DNA from: Spirochaetia bacterium
Lineage (GTDB): Bacteria > Spirochaetota > Spirochaetia > DSM-2461
Length of the DNA stretch: 64,000 nucleotides
NCBI GenBank assembly: GCA_963666985.2
Contig: CAXXIA010000002.1
Location: 2,208,001 to 2,272,000, forward strand
Direction of reading: 5' to 3'
Part shown: piece after piece, positions 27,793-37,289 of the stretch
Layout: every line of letters starts with the position of its first letter
How positions within the stretch are numbered: the first letter of the stretch is position 1
Program-made: the position numbers and the translations under genes
Notes under the pieces: generated by a model
The model's database searches: none
Seen by the model: only the letters and a program-made list of their open reading frames with translations
What the model was told of the DNA's origin: nothing

Positions 27793-28394
27793 AGTATTCC
27801 GAAGAACCGAGCATCGGAAAAGACTGCGAGCTGGTCAATGTCGAACTCGGTATGTGGACGGAAGTAGGGGAGAAGAACTGGCTTCAGAACACGGAGCTTG
27901 GGGATTGGTCCTACACCGGACAGATGTGCATCGTTCAGAATACAGTCATCGGCAAGTTCTCCAACATCGCCGCCATGGTTCGTCTCGGTCCCACCGATCA
28001 TCCGATGGAACGGCCCACGATGCATCATTTTACCTACCGGTGCCGAGCCTTTGGGCTTTCGGATACTGACGACGAAGAGTTCTTTGCCAAGCGGGTATCC
28101 CGGAAAACGTTCATCGGCCATGATACCTGGCTGGGCCATGGGGTGATTGTCATGCCCGAGGTGACTATCGGAGTCGGCGCGGTTATCGGAAGCGGAGCTT
28201 TGGTTACCAAAGATATCGGCGATTACGAGGTGGCCGTGGGAATCCCTGCGAAAACGGTGAAGCGGCGATTTCCGGATGATATCGCCAAAAGGCTGAAGGC
28301 GACCGCTTGGTGGGATTGGGATTATGAAACAATCAAGGACCGCCTGGATGATTTTCGCCTGCCGGTTGAAGAGTTTTTGGAGAAATACGGCTGA
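27789..28394 (+). CDS. Phosphonate-cluster hexapeptide-repeat (CAT/Vat-like) acetyltransferase
   Basis: IGKFSNIA, HPMER..HHFTYR, IGHDTWLGHG, GAVIGSGALVTKD and WWDW motifs. Confidence 0.9.
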   Translation: MKYSEEPSIGKDCELVNVELGMWTEVGEKNWLQNTELGDWSYTGQMCIVQNTVIGKFSNIAAMVRLGPTDHPMERPTMHHFTYRCRAFGLSDTDDEEFFAKRVSRKTFIGHDTWLGHGVIVMPEVTIGVGAVIGSGALVTKDIGDYEVAVGIPAKTVKRRFPDDIAKRLKATAWWDWDYETIKDRLDDFRLPVEEFLEKYG

Positions 28395-28513
28395 GAGGCG
28401 CCCGAAGATCAGGAGGCGTACCGCGGCCGCCGAACGAACCGAATGAGCATGCCGCGAGACTTGCCTCCCCTACGAAGTTTCGTATCAGGCGAGAAACGCC
28501 CAAGGAGATCATA

Positions 28514-29218
28514 TTGAACAACATTCTTGAAATATCGGGTCTGTCCAAGACCTTTCGCATTCACCGTTTGGAAAAGGATATTCCCGCCTGTCGGGACGTA
28601 TCCATTGCCGTGGCTCCGGGGGAGTTCGTAGGCATTACCGGGAAGTCGGGCAGCGGAAAGTCCACTATCCTGAAACTGGCTTACAGAACCTACAGACCCC
28701 AGACCGGCAGCATTATGTACGATTCGAAGGCCTATGGTCCGGTGGATATGCTGAGCATCGACGAGCGAAAGGTTATCCATCTCAGGCAATGGGAAATCGG
28801 TTATGTCAGTCAGTTTCTGAACGTGGTTCCCCGCACCAGCGCACTGCAGATCGTCGAGACAGGCGCCTTGGAAACCGGGGCCGAGCCTGAGGAGGCCGGG
28901 AAAAAGGCCGAGGAAATGCTTCGCCATTTTGAATTGGACGAAGGACTCTGGGACACCTATCCGCAAACTTTTTCCGGCGGTGAAAAGCTCCGGCTGAACA
29001 TCGCCCGCGCCATGGTTAAAGCCCCCCGGCTCCTCTTGCTGGATGAACCCACGGCCAGTCTGGACAATCACAGCAAGAAGCGCGTGGCCGAGGTTCTGCA
29101 TCAGTTGAAGAACGACGGCACCACCATTCTGGGGATTTTTCACGATCTGGATTTCATGGAAGGTTTGTGCGATAAGGAGTACAACATGGATTCCGGCCGT
29201 TTCGTCGGTGCCGCTTAA
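28514..29218 (+). CDS. phnL: C-P lyase system ATPase PhnL
   Basis: GKSGSGKS, IGYVSQFL.VVPR, TFSGGEK.RLNIAR and GIFHD; TTG start behind AAGGAG. Confidence 0.94.
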   Translation: MNNILEISGLSKTFRIHRLEKDIPACRDVSIAVAPGEFVGITGKSGSGKSTILKLAYRTYRPQTGSIMYDSKAYGPVDMLSIDERKVIHLRQWEIGYVSQFLNVVPRTSALQIVETGALETGAEPEEAGKKAEEMLRHFELDEGLWDTYPQTFSGGEKLRLNIARAMVKAPRLLLLDEPTASLDNHSKKRVAEVLHQLKNDGTTILGIFHDLDFMEGLCDKEYNMDSGRFVGAA

Positions 29219-29229
29219 GAGTCGCGGCC

Positions 29230-30225
29230 ATGTTGGGCGATCTTCACGTTCATACACGCTTCTCCGACGGATCTTATGAGATCCGCGAAGCTCTCGCGGA
29301 AGCTTCCCGCCGGGGGCTGGATTACATTTCTTTTGTCGATCACGACACCGTTGAGCAGACATCGGCGGCGCTGAAAATCGCTGCCGCCGGAACAGCAATC
29401 GGACCGCGTACTGACGGCGAAGCGGAACCGGAGTCCGCGGCGGCTGAAATCGCGGCGGCATCCCCACCATGCGACGGCGCGGAACCGGGAGGGGAGGACA
29501 ATTTGCGGGCCGCCGCTTCAGATTCAATGTCCGCCATGCCTTTAATTATTCCCGGAGTGGAAATCTCGGCGTACGACTTCAGCCGTGGCCGCAAGGTTCA
29601 TATCCTGGGCTACGGTTACGATGCAAAGGCCTCATCCATCCGCGGTCTCTGCGATCCGCTCATTCGCAGACGTCATGAAAACACATTGATGCAGGCCGAA
29701 AAGCTTCGCGAAGCCGGATATTCCGTGGATGAAGAGGCGCTCAAAGCCGTCGCGTTCGGTGAAGGCGGAGCCGGGAAGTGGTTCTACAAGCAGCACATCA
29801 TGCTGGTTCTGATGGCCGCCGGTTCGGCCGACGCGGTGTACGGCCCCCTCTACAAATCGCTGTTCAAGGGAGAGGGAATCTGCTCTCGGGACATTACCTA
29901 TGTCGATGCCCGCGATGCGGTGAAAGCCGTCGTCGAGGACGGAGGCCTTGCCGTTCTGGCTCATCCCGGACAAACCGATTCCTGGGACTTCATCCCGGAT
30001 CTGGTGGAAGCGGGACTTTCGGGCATTGAACTCTACCATGAAGACCACGGTAAAGCGGAGCATAGGAAGGTTCGCGCGGCGGCCAAGCGGTACGGACTTT
30101 TCTTTTCCGGCGGATCGGACGATCACGGGGATTGGGGCAGTGAGTACCGGATGGGTGAGATTCGAACACCGTTCGGCGCATTGGATGAAATGAAGAAACG
30201 CGGCGCCGCGCGTATTGTTCTTTAA
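29230..30225 (+). CDS. PHP-domain phosphoesterase (PhnPP-type cyclic phosphate dihydrolase candidate)
   Basis: DLHVHTRFSDG, DHDT, GVEIS, HILGY, LAHP and GGSDDHG; position at the end of the phn operon. Confidence 0.85.
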   Translation: MLGDLHVHTRFSDGSYEIREALAEASRRGLDYISFVDHDTVEQTSAALKIAAAGTAIGPRTDGEAEPESAAAEIAAASPPCDGAEPGGEDNLRAAASDSMSAMPLIIPGVEISAYDFSRGRKVHILGYGYDAKASSIRGLCDPLIRRRHENTLMQAEKLREAGYSVDEEALKAVAFGEGGAGKWFYKQHIMLVLMAAGSADAVYGPLYKSLFKGEGICSRDITYVDARDAVKAVVEDGGLAVLAHPGQTDSWDFIPDLVEAGLSGIELYHEDHGKAEHRKVRAAAKRYGLFFSGGSDDHGDWGSEYRMGEIRTPFGALDEMKKRGAARIVL

Positions 30226-30283
30226 AGAAAGCTTTGCCGCTTCGATTCTTATTGTTTTTTAAGTCCCTGATGAGTCCGATTGT

Positions 30284-30361
30284 CCTGACGCTTTCTTAAC
30301 CGATTTTTATTTCAATAGAAACGGCCGATTCACCGTATCCTCATGGTTCGGCTCGTAATGT
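30284..30361 (+). promoter_or_regulatory. Candidate Pho-box promoter of phnDCEE
   Basis: 7-mers at 11-bp pitch CCTGACG/CTTAACC/.../ATTCACC/CCTCATG, then 10 nt and TAATGT (-10-like). Confidence 0.5.
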
Positions 30362-30428
30362 GTGGAAAGAATGCCGAATGATCAATTTTTCGTTCGGAAA
30401 AACTTTAAATAAAAAGGAAGTGTTTACA

Positions 30429-31439
30429 ATGAAGAAGATTCTTTTTGTTCTCCTCCTCGCCCTCATGGCCTGTGCGTTCGTCTTCGCGAACGGCGGCAAG
30501 GAAGATTCCGAGAAGTCCCTTGTCTGGGTTTGGTATCCCAATGAATCGGCTCCCGAATATGCCGAGTCCCGCGCGGAAATCATCCGGATTGCCTCCGAAA
30601 CTCTCGGTAAGGAAATTACCGAACAGCTGACGACGGATTATGCCGTTGCGATTGAGGCTCTTGTGTCGGGAAACGCCGCCTTTTCCTGGTTCGGCGGTGA
30701 AGGTTATGTTCAGGCTCACGCCAAGAACGCCGCCGTTCTTCCTCTGGTCACCAACTCTCCCAGCGACACTCTGGCCAACGCCAAGTACTACAGCATGCTC
30801 GGCTGTCTGCTTGAAAATGCCGGTCAGTACAAAGTCGGCGGAAAGTTCGATCTGTCCACCCTGAAAGGCAAAAGGTTTTCTTTCGTCTCCAACTCTTCCA
30901 CTTCCGGTTTCCGGGTGCCCTCCAGCGTTATCAGTAAGCAATTCAACGTTGGTTCCGAAGATCTTCTGGAATCCGGTCCGGTGTTCTCCGAAGTGATGTT
31001 CGGCGGTTCCCACCAGGGTTCGTTCTTCAACGTTCTTACCGGCAAGGCCGATATCGGCGCCTTCTGTAACGAGTGTATCTATAACTACGTCGACTGGAGC
31101 CAGGCCAACTACGAAGATCCCGTACCCGGCGATATCATCACCGTTCTTCCCGCCTCTCGGAACGAGGCTCCTTTCGATCAGGTTCCCGGCGTGAAAGTTC
31201 AGCTCGTGGCGACCGTTCCGGTTCTCAACGCGCCTTTCGTTATCAACACCGATCTGCTGACCGACGAAGAAATCAAGGCTCTTGAGGCCGTGTACTGCTC
31301 TGATGAGACCATGAACAACAAACTCATCTTCGCCCCGAAAGAAGGCGGAGTGAAGTCTCCCTTCCGCGAAGGAGCTCGGTTCCTTCCCGTTACCGACGAT
31401 TGGTACGATCCGATCCGGAAACTCAGCGGATTGAAGTAG
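30429..31439 (+). CDS. phnD: Phosphonate ABC transporter substrate-binding protein
   Basis: Signal peptide MKKIL...FANG; DYAVAIEAL, FVSNSSTSGFRVP and GGSHQGS; start behind AAGGAAG. Confidence 0.9.
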   Translation: MKKILFVLLLALMACAFVFANGGKEDSEKSLVWVWYPNESAPEYAESRAEIIRIASETLGKEITEQLTTDYAVAIEALVSGNAAFSWFGGEGYVQAHAKNAAVLPLVTNSPSDTLANAKYYSMLGCLLENAGQYKVGGKFDLSTLKGKRFSFVSNSSTSGFRVPSSVISKQFNVGSEDLLESGPVFSEVMFGGSHQGSFFNVLTGKADIGAFCNECIYNYVDWSQANYEDPVPGDIITVLPASRNEAPFDQVPGVKVQLVATVPVLNAPFVINTDLLTDEEIKALEAVYCSDETMNNKLIFAPKEGGVKSPFREGARFLPVTDDWYDPIRKLSGLK

Positions 31440-31557
31440 TCGGTTCCGGCGGCATTCTTCGGGAGGCCGTCCGGTTGCGACATTCCCATACCGCAGGCTT
31501 TCTTCCGTGAAAGCGGAGAGCCTGCGGTTCATTTTGTTTCAGCGAGGAGACCTTCTC

Positions 31558-32319
31558 ATGGCCCTTCTTGAGGTGATGAACCTCACCAAATTCTACAAAG
31601 ATGTTCCGGCTCTGACCGGTGTGAATTTCAGCATAAAAAAAGGTGAATTCGTTTCCGTTATCGGTCCGTCGGGATCGGGAAAAACGACATTAATCCGATG
31701 CATCAACCGCCTGATCGACGCCAGCGACGGCTCCATCAATTATGAAGGAACCGATTTGCTTTCCCTTAAAGGCAAAGACCTCCGGCACGCCCGGGCGAAA
31801 ATCGGAATGATTTTTCAGCATTATAATCTGGTAACCCGGCTGACTGTTATTGAAAACGTGCTTCATGGCCGTTTGGGATATAAATCCAGCGTCGCCGGAG
31901 TTCTCGGTCTGTACAGCAGCGAGGAAAAAGAGAAAGCCGTCGAGGTACTCAGGCTTCTCGGACTGGAAGATTATGTTTACCGCCGCTGCGATCAGCTTTC
32001 AGGCGGTCAGATGCAGCGGGTGGGAATCGCCCGGGCTCTGGTTCAAGATCCGGCGCTTATCCTTTGCGACGAGCCCATCAGTTCTCTGGATCCGAGTTCC
32101 GCGAAAATCATTATGGATTACCTGAAAAAGGTTCAGGAGGAATTGGGAATCACCATCCTTGTAAATCTTCATCAGGTGGATGTTGCCAAGAAATACGCGA
32201 AAAGAATTCTTGGCTTTAATTCGGGAAAACTGGTTTTCGATAATCGGCCGTCGGAGCTGACGGCGGAAACCATTCATGATATTTACGGGACGGAAGCCGG
32301 TGAACTCATCATTGACTGA
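31558..32319 (+). CDS. phnC: Phosphonate ABC transporter ATPase
   Basis: GPSGSGKT, IGMIFQHYNLV, VLHGRLG, LSGGQMQRV and NLHQVD. Confidence 0.94.
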   Translation: MALLEVMNLTKFYKDVPALTGVNFSIKKGEFVSVIGPSGSGKTTLIRCINRLIDASDGSINYEGTDLLSLKGKDLRHARAKIGMIFQHYNLVTRLTVIENVLHGRLGYKSSVAGVLGLYSSEEKEKAVEVLRLLGLEDYVYRRCDQLSGGQMQRVGIARALVQDPALILCDEPISSLDPSSAKIIMDYLKKVQEELGITILVNLHQVDVAKKYAKRILGFNSGKLVFDNRPSELTAETIHDIYGTEAGELIID

Positions 32320-33097
32320 CACCTTTTTTCGCAAGCAGAAGTTCAAGCTGACGCTGTTTATTCTGCTTTTCGCCCTCGTAACCTGGGGAGCCGCCAATCT
32401 CACCGGATTTAACCTGATTCGGGCCTTTACCGCCATTCCCAAGGTTGTTCATTGGTTTTTTCATAATCTGATTCCCGATGCCAAGGCCTTCACCCGGTTT
32501 CATAAAATTCTGGACAAGCTGATCGATACGATTTTCATGTCCATCATGGCCACGGTGAGTGCGGCGGTTTTTTCGTTTATTTTCGCGCTGATGGGTTCCA
32601 CCACCACGCGAAGTACGGCGTTCACGGGAGCGGTTTCCCGATTCACGGCTTCCGTCGGCAGAAACATCCCCGTAGCCGTCTGGGCCATGATTTTTCTGCT
32701 TTCGTTCGGACAGAGCGACTTCACCGGATTTCTGGCTTTGTTCTTCTATACGTTCGGCTTTCTGACCAGAGCATTCATCGAAACAATCGATGAAGCTTCC
32801 GCTTCTTCGGTGGAAGCCTTAAAGGCCGTCGGAGCCGATTATCCCCAGATTATAACCCAGGCTGTCGTGCCCGCTTCCCTGCCGCAGATGATCAGCTGGA
32901 TTCTTTATATGATTGAAACCAATATCCGGAGCGCAACGCTCGTGGGGCTGCTGACCGGCTCGGGAATAGGTTTCATGTTCGATATCTACTACAAGAGTCT
33001 TCAGTTCGGCAGCGCCGGACTGGTGATTTTGATGCTGGTAGTCGTGGTATTGGGCATTGAACTGATTTCCAATGCGCTGAGGAGGCTGATTCTATGA
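32300..33097 (+). CDS. phnE: Phosphonate ABC transporter permease
   Basis: RNIP..VWA, VEALKAVGA and ETNIRSATLVGL..G.GIG motifs; GTG start assumed. Confidence 0.9.
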   Translation: MNSSLTDTFFRKQKFKLTLFILLFALVTWGAANLTGFNLIRAFTAIPKVVHWFFHNLIPDAKAFTRFHKILDKLIDTIFMSIMATVSAAVFSFIFALMGSTTTRSTAFTGAVSRFTASVGRNIPVAVWAMIFLLSFGQSDFTGFLALFFYTFGFLTRAFIETIDEASASSVEALKAVGADYPQIITQAVVPASLPQMISWILYMIETNIRSATLVGLLTGSGIGFMFDIYYKSLQFGSAGLVILMLVVVVLGIELISNALRRLIL

Positions 33098-33960
33098 GCA
33101 GCGTGAAAAGAACAAAATCCGGTAAAATCATTTTAAAGCGGCCGGGATTGGCGAAATATTCCGTAAACGGCGTTCTTCTTGTTCTGATTCTGTTAACCTT
33201 ATGGGGTTTTTTAACCATTGATACCAAGGGTATCGATTTGGGAGAGGCCGCACGGCAGACAATCCGCTATTTCGGCGTTATGTTCGGAAAGCCGGCGGCG
33301 GTTGCCAGGCATTGGAGTCTGCCGACCGATGCGAATTCCCGGATGGTGTTTCTTACCGCCTGCAGGCAGGTTTTGATAACCCTGGCGTTGGCCTTTCTCA
33401 CGACATTGGTGGGCGGTATCACGGCTCTTATTTTGGGACTGTTCGCCGCTCGGAATCTGACGAACGAGAAAGTCAGCAATGTCATTAAAGGGATTATTGC
33501 CGTAATCCGTGCCATTCCGACGGTTATCTGGGTTCTGATTTTCGCCATCGGCGCGGGGCTGGGCGCCGTTGCCGCCGTTATCGGCATGAGCTTCCATACG
33601 GTGGGGCATTTACTGAAAGCCTATTCGGAATCCTTTGAGGAGCTGGACGAAGGGGTGATTGAAGCGTTAAGGGCTTCCGGGGCGACATGGATGCAGATCG
33701 TCTTTCAGGCCGTTCTTCCTTCGTCCATCACCTACATTCTTTCCTGGACCTTCATCCGTTTTGAAATTAATTTCGCGGTGGCCGTAGCCATGGGTGCGGC
33801 GGCCGGAGCCGGCGGAATCGGATACGAACTGTATATGTCTTCCGGATATTTTTACGACATGCGGGAACTGGGATATATCACATATCTGATTATCGGCGTT
33901 GCTCTGGTTATGGAAGTCATCGCGACCCGGCTGAAAAATCGGTATCACATTCATGAATAA
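33094..33960 (+). CDS. phnE: Phosphonate ABC transporter permease, second copy
   Basis: RAIPTVIW, IEALRASGA and RFEINF...GAGGIG motifs. Confidence 0.9.
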   Translation: MSSVKRTKSGKIILKRPGLAKYSVNGVLLVLILLTLWGFLTIDTKGIDLGEAARQTIRYFGVMFGKPAAVARHWSLPTDANSRMVFLTACRQVLITLALAFLTTLVGGITALILGLFAARNLTNEKVSNVIKGIIAVIRAIPTVIWVLIFAIGAGLGAVAAVIGMSFHTVGHLLKAYSESFEELDEGVIEALRASGATWMQIVFQAVLPSSITYILSWTFIRFEINFAVAVAMGAAAGAGGIGYELYMSSGYFYDMRELGYITYLIIGVALVMEVIATRLKNRYHIHE

Positions 33961-34137
33961 TCTCTGGGCGGCGGCCGGATTAGGATGCGGGTATCTCTCG
34001 GAAGAGGTTTCTTCTCCGATTCGGCGTTTGTTCGGGACATCGGTAAGTGCCGCGGAGGCCTGCCGCCTTCGTTTTGCACGGTTGTGAATCAATTTATAGG
34101 GGTCGTCAGTCTCGGCTCAACATGTTAGCCTGAACCA

Positions 34138-35064
34138 ATGGATTCCGGAATCGCCAGAGGAAACGTCTTCGAGCCTATAGGCAGGGCCTTCGCCGACACA
34201 TGGCTGCAGGTCCGTGCCAAGCCGGTGGTGTATATTTTGATCTGGCTGACCCTTGTTCTGCTTCCCTACGTTGTTTTTGGATTGGCGTTTTCCAGCCCCA
34301 TCTGGACGGCTGTCGGGGAAATGAGTTCCGTGGAACCGCCTCCTTTGGATCAGGTAGCCCTCGACAGCGGCCTTCAAAAGGAGTTCCTTTCCAAGCTGGC
34401 CGCTCCGATGGCCCGTTTCCTCGGCTGGTATGGACTTTTTACGATTCTTAACGCCCTTATGGCCATTTTCACGGCGTCGGTTCTTTCGGGAACCGTGAGA
34501 AAGTTTCGGGATAGGACGTTCCCGAAATACGCGGAGGCCCTGACCGACGGGGCACGGCGGTTCTGGGGATTTCTGAAAGCCGTTCTGTACAGTGCCTGGA
34601 TTATTTTATGGCGTCCGGTGGCGGTGAACCTGATCGGCGGCATCCTCGGATATACTCTGAAGCAGCCGTTCTTGTCGACCGCGGGATTCTTTATCGGCTT
34701 TTTCATGTTTTTCACAAGGCTTTACCGATACGGTCTGGGTCCCTTTATTCACTTGAGCCGGGATGTTCCCGGCCGTGAATCGGTTCGGATCAGCCTGAAT
34801 TATTACATGTCGCGCCGACCTATTGTTTCAATGCTGTTTATGTCGGCCGTCGTGGCGCCGTTTCTTTTATTCATGGTGCTCTTTACAGCCGTGTTTTCTT
34901 CTTTCGGAGGGGCCGGCGGGATTGCCGGAATCGGTTTGTTTCTCGTATGGGTTCTCTGGAGCGTTCTGCAATTCGTCATCATCATGACGCTGCTTAATTT
35001 TTCCATGAATGAAATTGCGGAGGAAACTCCGGTTCGGAACGGGAACGACATTATCAAATCATAA
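34138..35064 (+). CDS. Polytopic membrane protein of unknown function
   Basis: 308-aa ORF with about 6 hydrophobic segments; no recognised motif. Confidence 0.7.
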   Translation: MDSGIARGNVFEPIGRAFADTWLQVRAKPVVYILIWLTLVLLPYVVFGLAFSSPIWTAVGEMSSVEPPPLDQVALDSGLQKEFLSKLAAPMARFLGWYGLFTILNALMAIFTASVLSGTVRKFRDRTFPKYAEALTDGARRFWGFLKAVLYSAWIILWRPVAVNLIGGILGYTLKQPFLSTAGFFIGFFMFFTRLYRYGLGPFIHLSRDVPGRESVRISLNYYMSRRPIVSMLFMSAVVAPFLLFMVLFTAVFSSFGGAGGIAGIGLFLVWVLWSVLQFVIIMTLLNFSMNEIAEETPVRNGNDIIKS

Positions 35065-35208
35065 AAAAGGAAAATCGGACCGATCTTTTCTATTGATCGG
35101 GATCTCTTGACATCTCCTATATGTTATATTATCTATATAAAAAGAGTGTAATGAACTGTCCGGTATCGGAAATCGGTGCAATCGAACCGGGCGGTAGAGG
35201 AGATTTTT

Positions 35209-37218
35209 GTGAAGAAGATCCTTATCGTCGGCGGCGTTGCCGCCGGAGCAACCGCCGCCGCCAGAGCCCGGCGTCTTTCAGGGGATGCCGAGATTACCAT
35301 TCTGGAAGCCGGTCCGGATGTCAGTTTTGCCAACTGCGGACTGCCGTATTACATCGGCGGAGATATTCAAAACAGGTCTCAATTGATCCTTCAGAGCCCC
35401 GAAAGCTTTAAAAACCAATATAACGTAACGGTGAAAACCATGACGGAGGTTGTGTCTGTTGATAAGGACGCAAAACTCGTTACGGCTCGGGATAAAGCAA
35501 CCGGAGAAACCGTCGAATATTCTTATGATTCACTTATCTTGGCGCAGGGCGGTAAACCCATCGTTCCCCCTTTGCCCGGTGTTGATAAAGGCCATGTTTT
35601 TTCCCTCTGGACGCTCGAGGATATGGATGCCATTTCTTCCTATCTCGAAGAAGCACAGCCGACGAACGCCGTGGTTGTCGGAGGCGGATTCATCGGCTTG
35701 GAGATGGTTGAGGCGCTGAAAAAGCGGGGCTTGGGAGTAACCGTCGTGGAAAGACTCCCGCAGATTATGCCGAATCTGGAAGGGGAAATCGCCGGTTTCC
35801 TTACCCAAGAACTTGTTTCTTACGGCGTGGATGTCCTTACGGGGCGTTCGGTAACCGAAGTAAAAGATTCTTCGGTAATATTGGACGACGGCCGCGAACT
35901 TCCGGCCGATATGGTCCTGATGTCGGTGGGAGTTCGGCCTACGCTGAAGCTGGCGGAACAGGCCGGCTTAGCCGTCGGTGAGGCCGGCGGACTTCTGGTT
36001 GATGAATATTTGAGAACCGGCGACGCATCCATCTGGGCGGCGGGAGATATGGTGGAGATCGAACACCGCAGTCACGGCGCCAAGGTTCGGATTCCTCTCG
36101 CAGGTCCCGCGAACAGGCAGGGACGGATTGCCGCCACGAACGCACTCGGCGGAAAGAAACCCTATTCGGGATCTTTGGGTACTTCCATTGTTCGGGTTTT
36201 TGAAGCGGTGGCCGGTTCCACGGGTTTGAGTTTGAGCCGGGCCCGTGACGCGGGTCTTCCCGCTGATGCCGTGGTTATTCATAAAGAGAATCATACCTCC
36301 TATTATCCCGGCTCCGAGCAGGTAACCGTCATGGTTGTGTATAATCGGGAGACCGGCGTGATTCTCGGCGGACAAACCGCCGGATACGCCGGTGCCGACA
36401 GGCGCTTGGATGTCTTGGCCACGGCCGCTTCAGCGAAGATGACCGTGGGAGATTTGGCTGATCTCGATTTGGCCTATTCTCCGCCTCTGGGCACCGCCAA
36501 TGATCCGATCAACATGGCGGCCTTTGCGGCCGAGAACCGCCTCAGCGGTTACAGTCCGGCACTTACCGCCGGGGAATTGGACGCCTGGACGGCAAAGAAA
36601 CAGCCTCTGGTTATCGATATTCGGGATACCTTTGCCCGGGAAAAAGCTCATATCGCCGGTTCGGAGCATGTTCCGCTTTCCTATCTGGATGAACATATCA
36701 CGAAGTTTCGCAAAGACAGATCCGTTTTGATTGTGAGCGAGAACGGGAAAAAAGGACATCAGGCGCTTCGCCGTCTGGTACAGGCCGGTTTCACGGAGGC
36801 GGTGAATGCCTCCGGCGGTTATGTCAGTCTGGAACGGCACGCAAGAGCGGTCGGATTCGAGCATCTCGAGGTAGGGCTGCCGTCTCTCGAAGTGAAATCC
36901 TTAGAAACCGGCAGCAGCGGAAAAGTCGAAGACTCGGTTGAAGACGAGGTTACCAATCCCCTTGCCGGCAGCGGTCCCATCGTCCTTGACGTCCGTACTC
37001 CCGAAGAATTCGTTACCGGCGCTTATCAGGGTGCCGTTAATCTGCCGCTGGATGAGTTGGTTCATCGAATTGAAGAACTGGGCGATAAAGAACGCCATAT
37101 AACCGTTTATTGCGCCTCGGGCGCCCGAAGCGCTTATGCACAGCGTCTCCTGATGAAAGTCGGTTATACCCATGTGGAAAACGGCGGCGGCGTAATGGAT
37201 ATGATGTATCGACGATGA
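35209..37218 (+). CDS. CoA-disulfide/persulfide reductase with two C-terminal rhodanese domains
   Basis: GGVAAG, SFANCGLPY (redox Cys), GGGFIGLE and LAYSPP; rhodanese YCASGARS; GTG start behind GAGGAG. Confidence 0.92.
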   Translation: MKKILIVGGVAAGATAAARARRLSGDAEITILEAGPDVSFANCGLPYYIGGDIQNRSQLILQSPESFKNQYNVTVKTMTEVVSVDKDAKLVTARDKATGETVEYSYDSLILAQGGKPIVPPLPGVDKGHVFSLWTLEDMDAISSYLEEAQPTNAVVVGGGFIGLEMVEALKKRGLGVTVVERLPQIMPNLEGEIAGFLTQELVSYGVDVLTGRSVTEVKDSSVILDDGRELPADMVLMSVGVRPTLKLAEQAGLAVGEAGGLLVDEYLRTGDASIWAAGDMVEIEHRSHGAKVRIPLAGPANRQGRIAATNALGGKKPYSGSLGTSIVRVFEAVAGSTGLSLSRARDAGLPADAVVIHKENHTSYYPGSEQVTVMVVYNRETGVILGGQTAGYAGADRRLDVLATAASAKMTVGDLADLDLAYSPPLGTANDPINMAAFAAENRLSGYSPALTAGELDAWTAKKQPLVIDIRDTFAREKAHIAGSEHVPLSYLDEHITKFRKDRSVLIVSENGKKGHQALRRLVQAGFTEAVNASGGYVSLERHARAVGFEHLEVGLPSLEVKSLETGSSGKVEDSVEDEVTNPLAGSGPIVLDVRTPEEFVTGAYQGAVNLPLDELVHRIEELGDKERHITVYCASGARSAYAQRLLMKVGYTHVENGGGVMDMMYRR

Positions 37219-37289
37219 GAGCGAGGGGAGCGGCTGCGCCGGCGCAGACGGTCCCGAGCCGAAGAAGTCGGCATTTTTCCGCGGATCGG

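Noticed and set aside
28409..29527. 372-aa minus-strand ORF
   Set aside because: Overlaps phnL and the PHP gene on the opposite strand; no recognisable domain.
30405..31532. 375-aa minus-strand ORF
   Set aside because: Antisense shadow of the strongly codon-biased phnD.
35107..35140. TTGACA and AT-rich dyad upstream of the persulfide reductase (ArsR/BigR-type operator?)
   Set aside because: The -10 spacing is ambiguous, the dyad is weak, and no cognate regulator is nearby.
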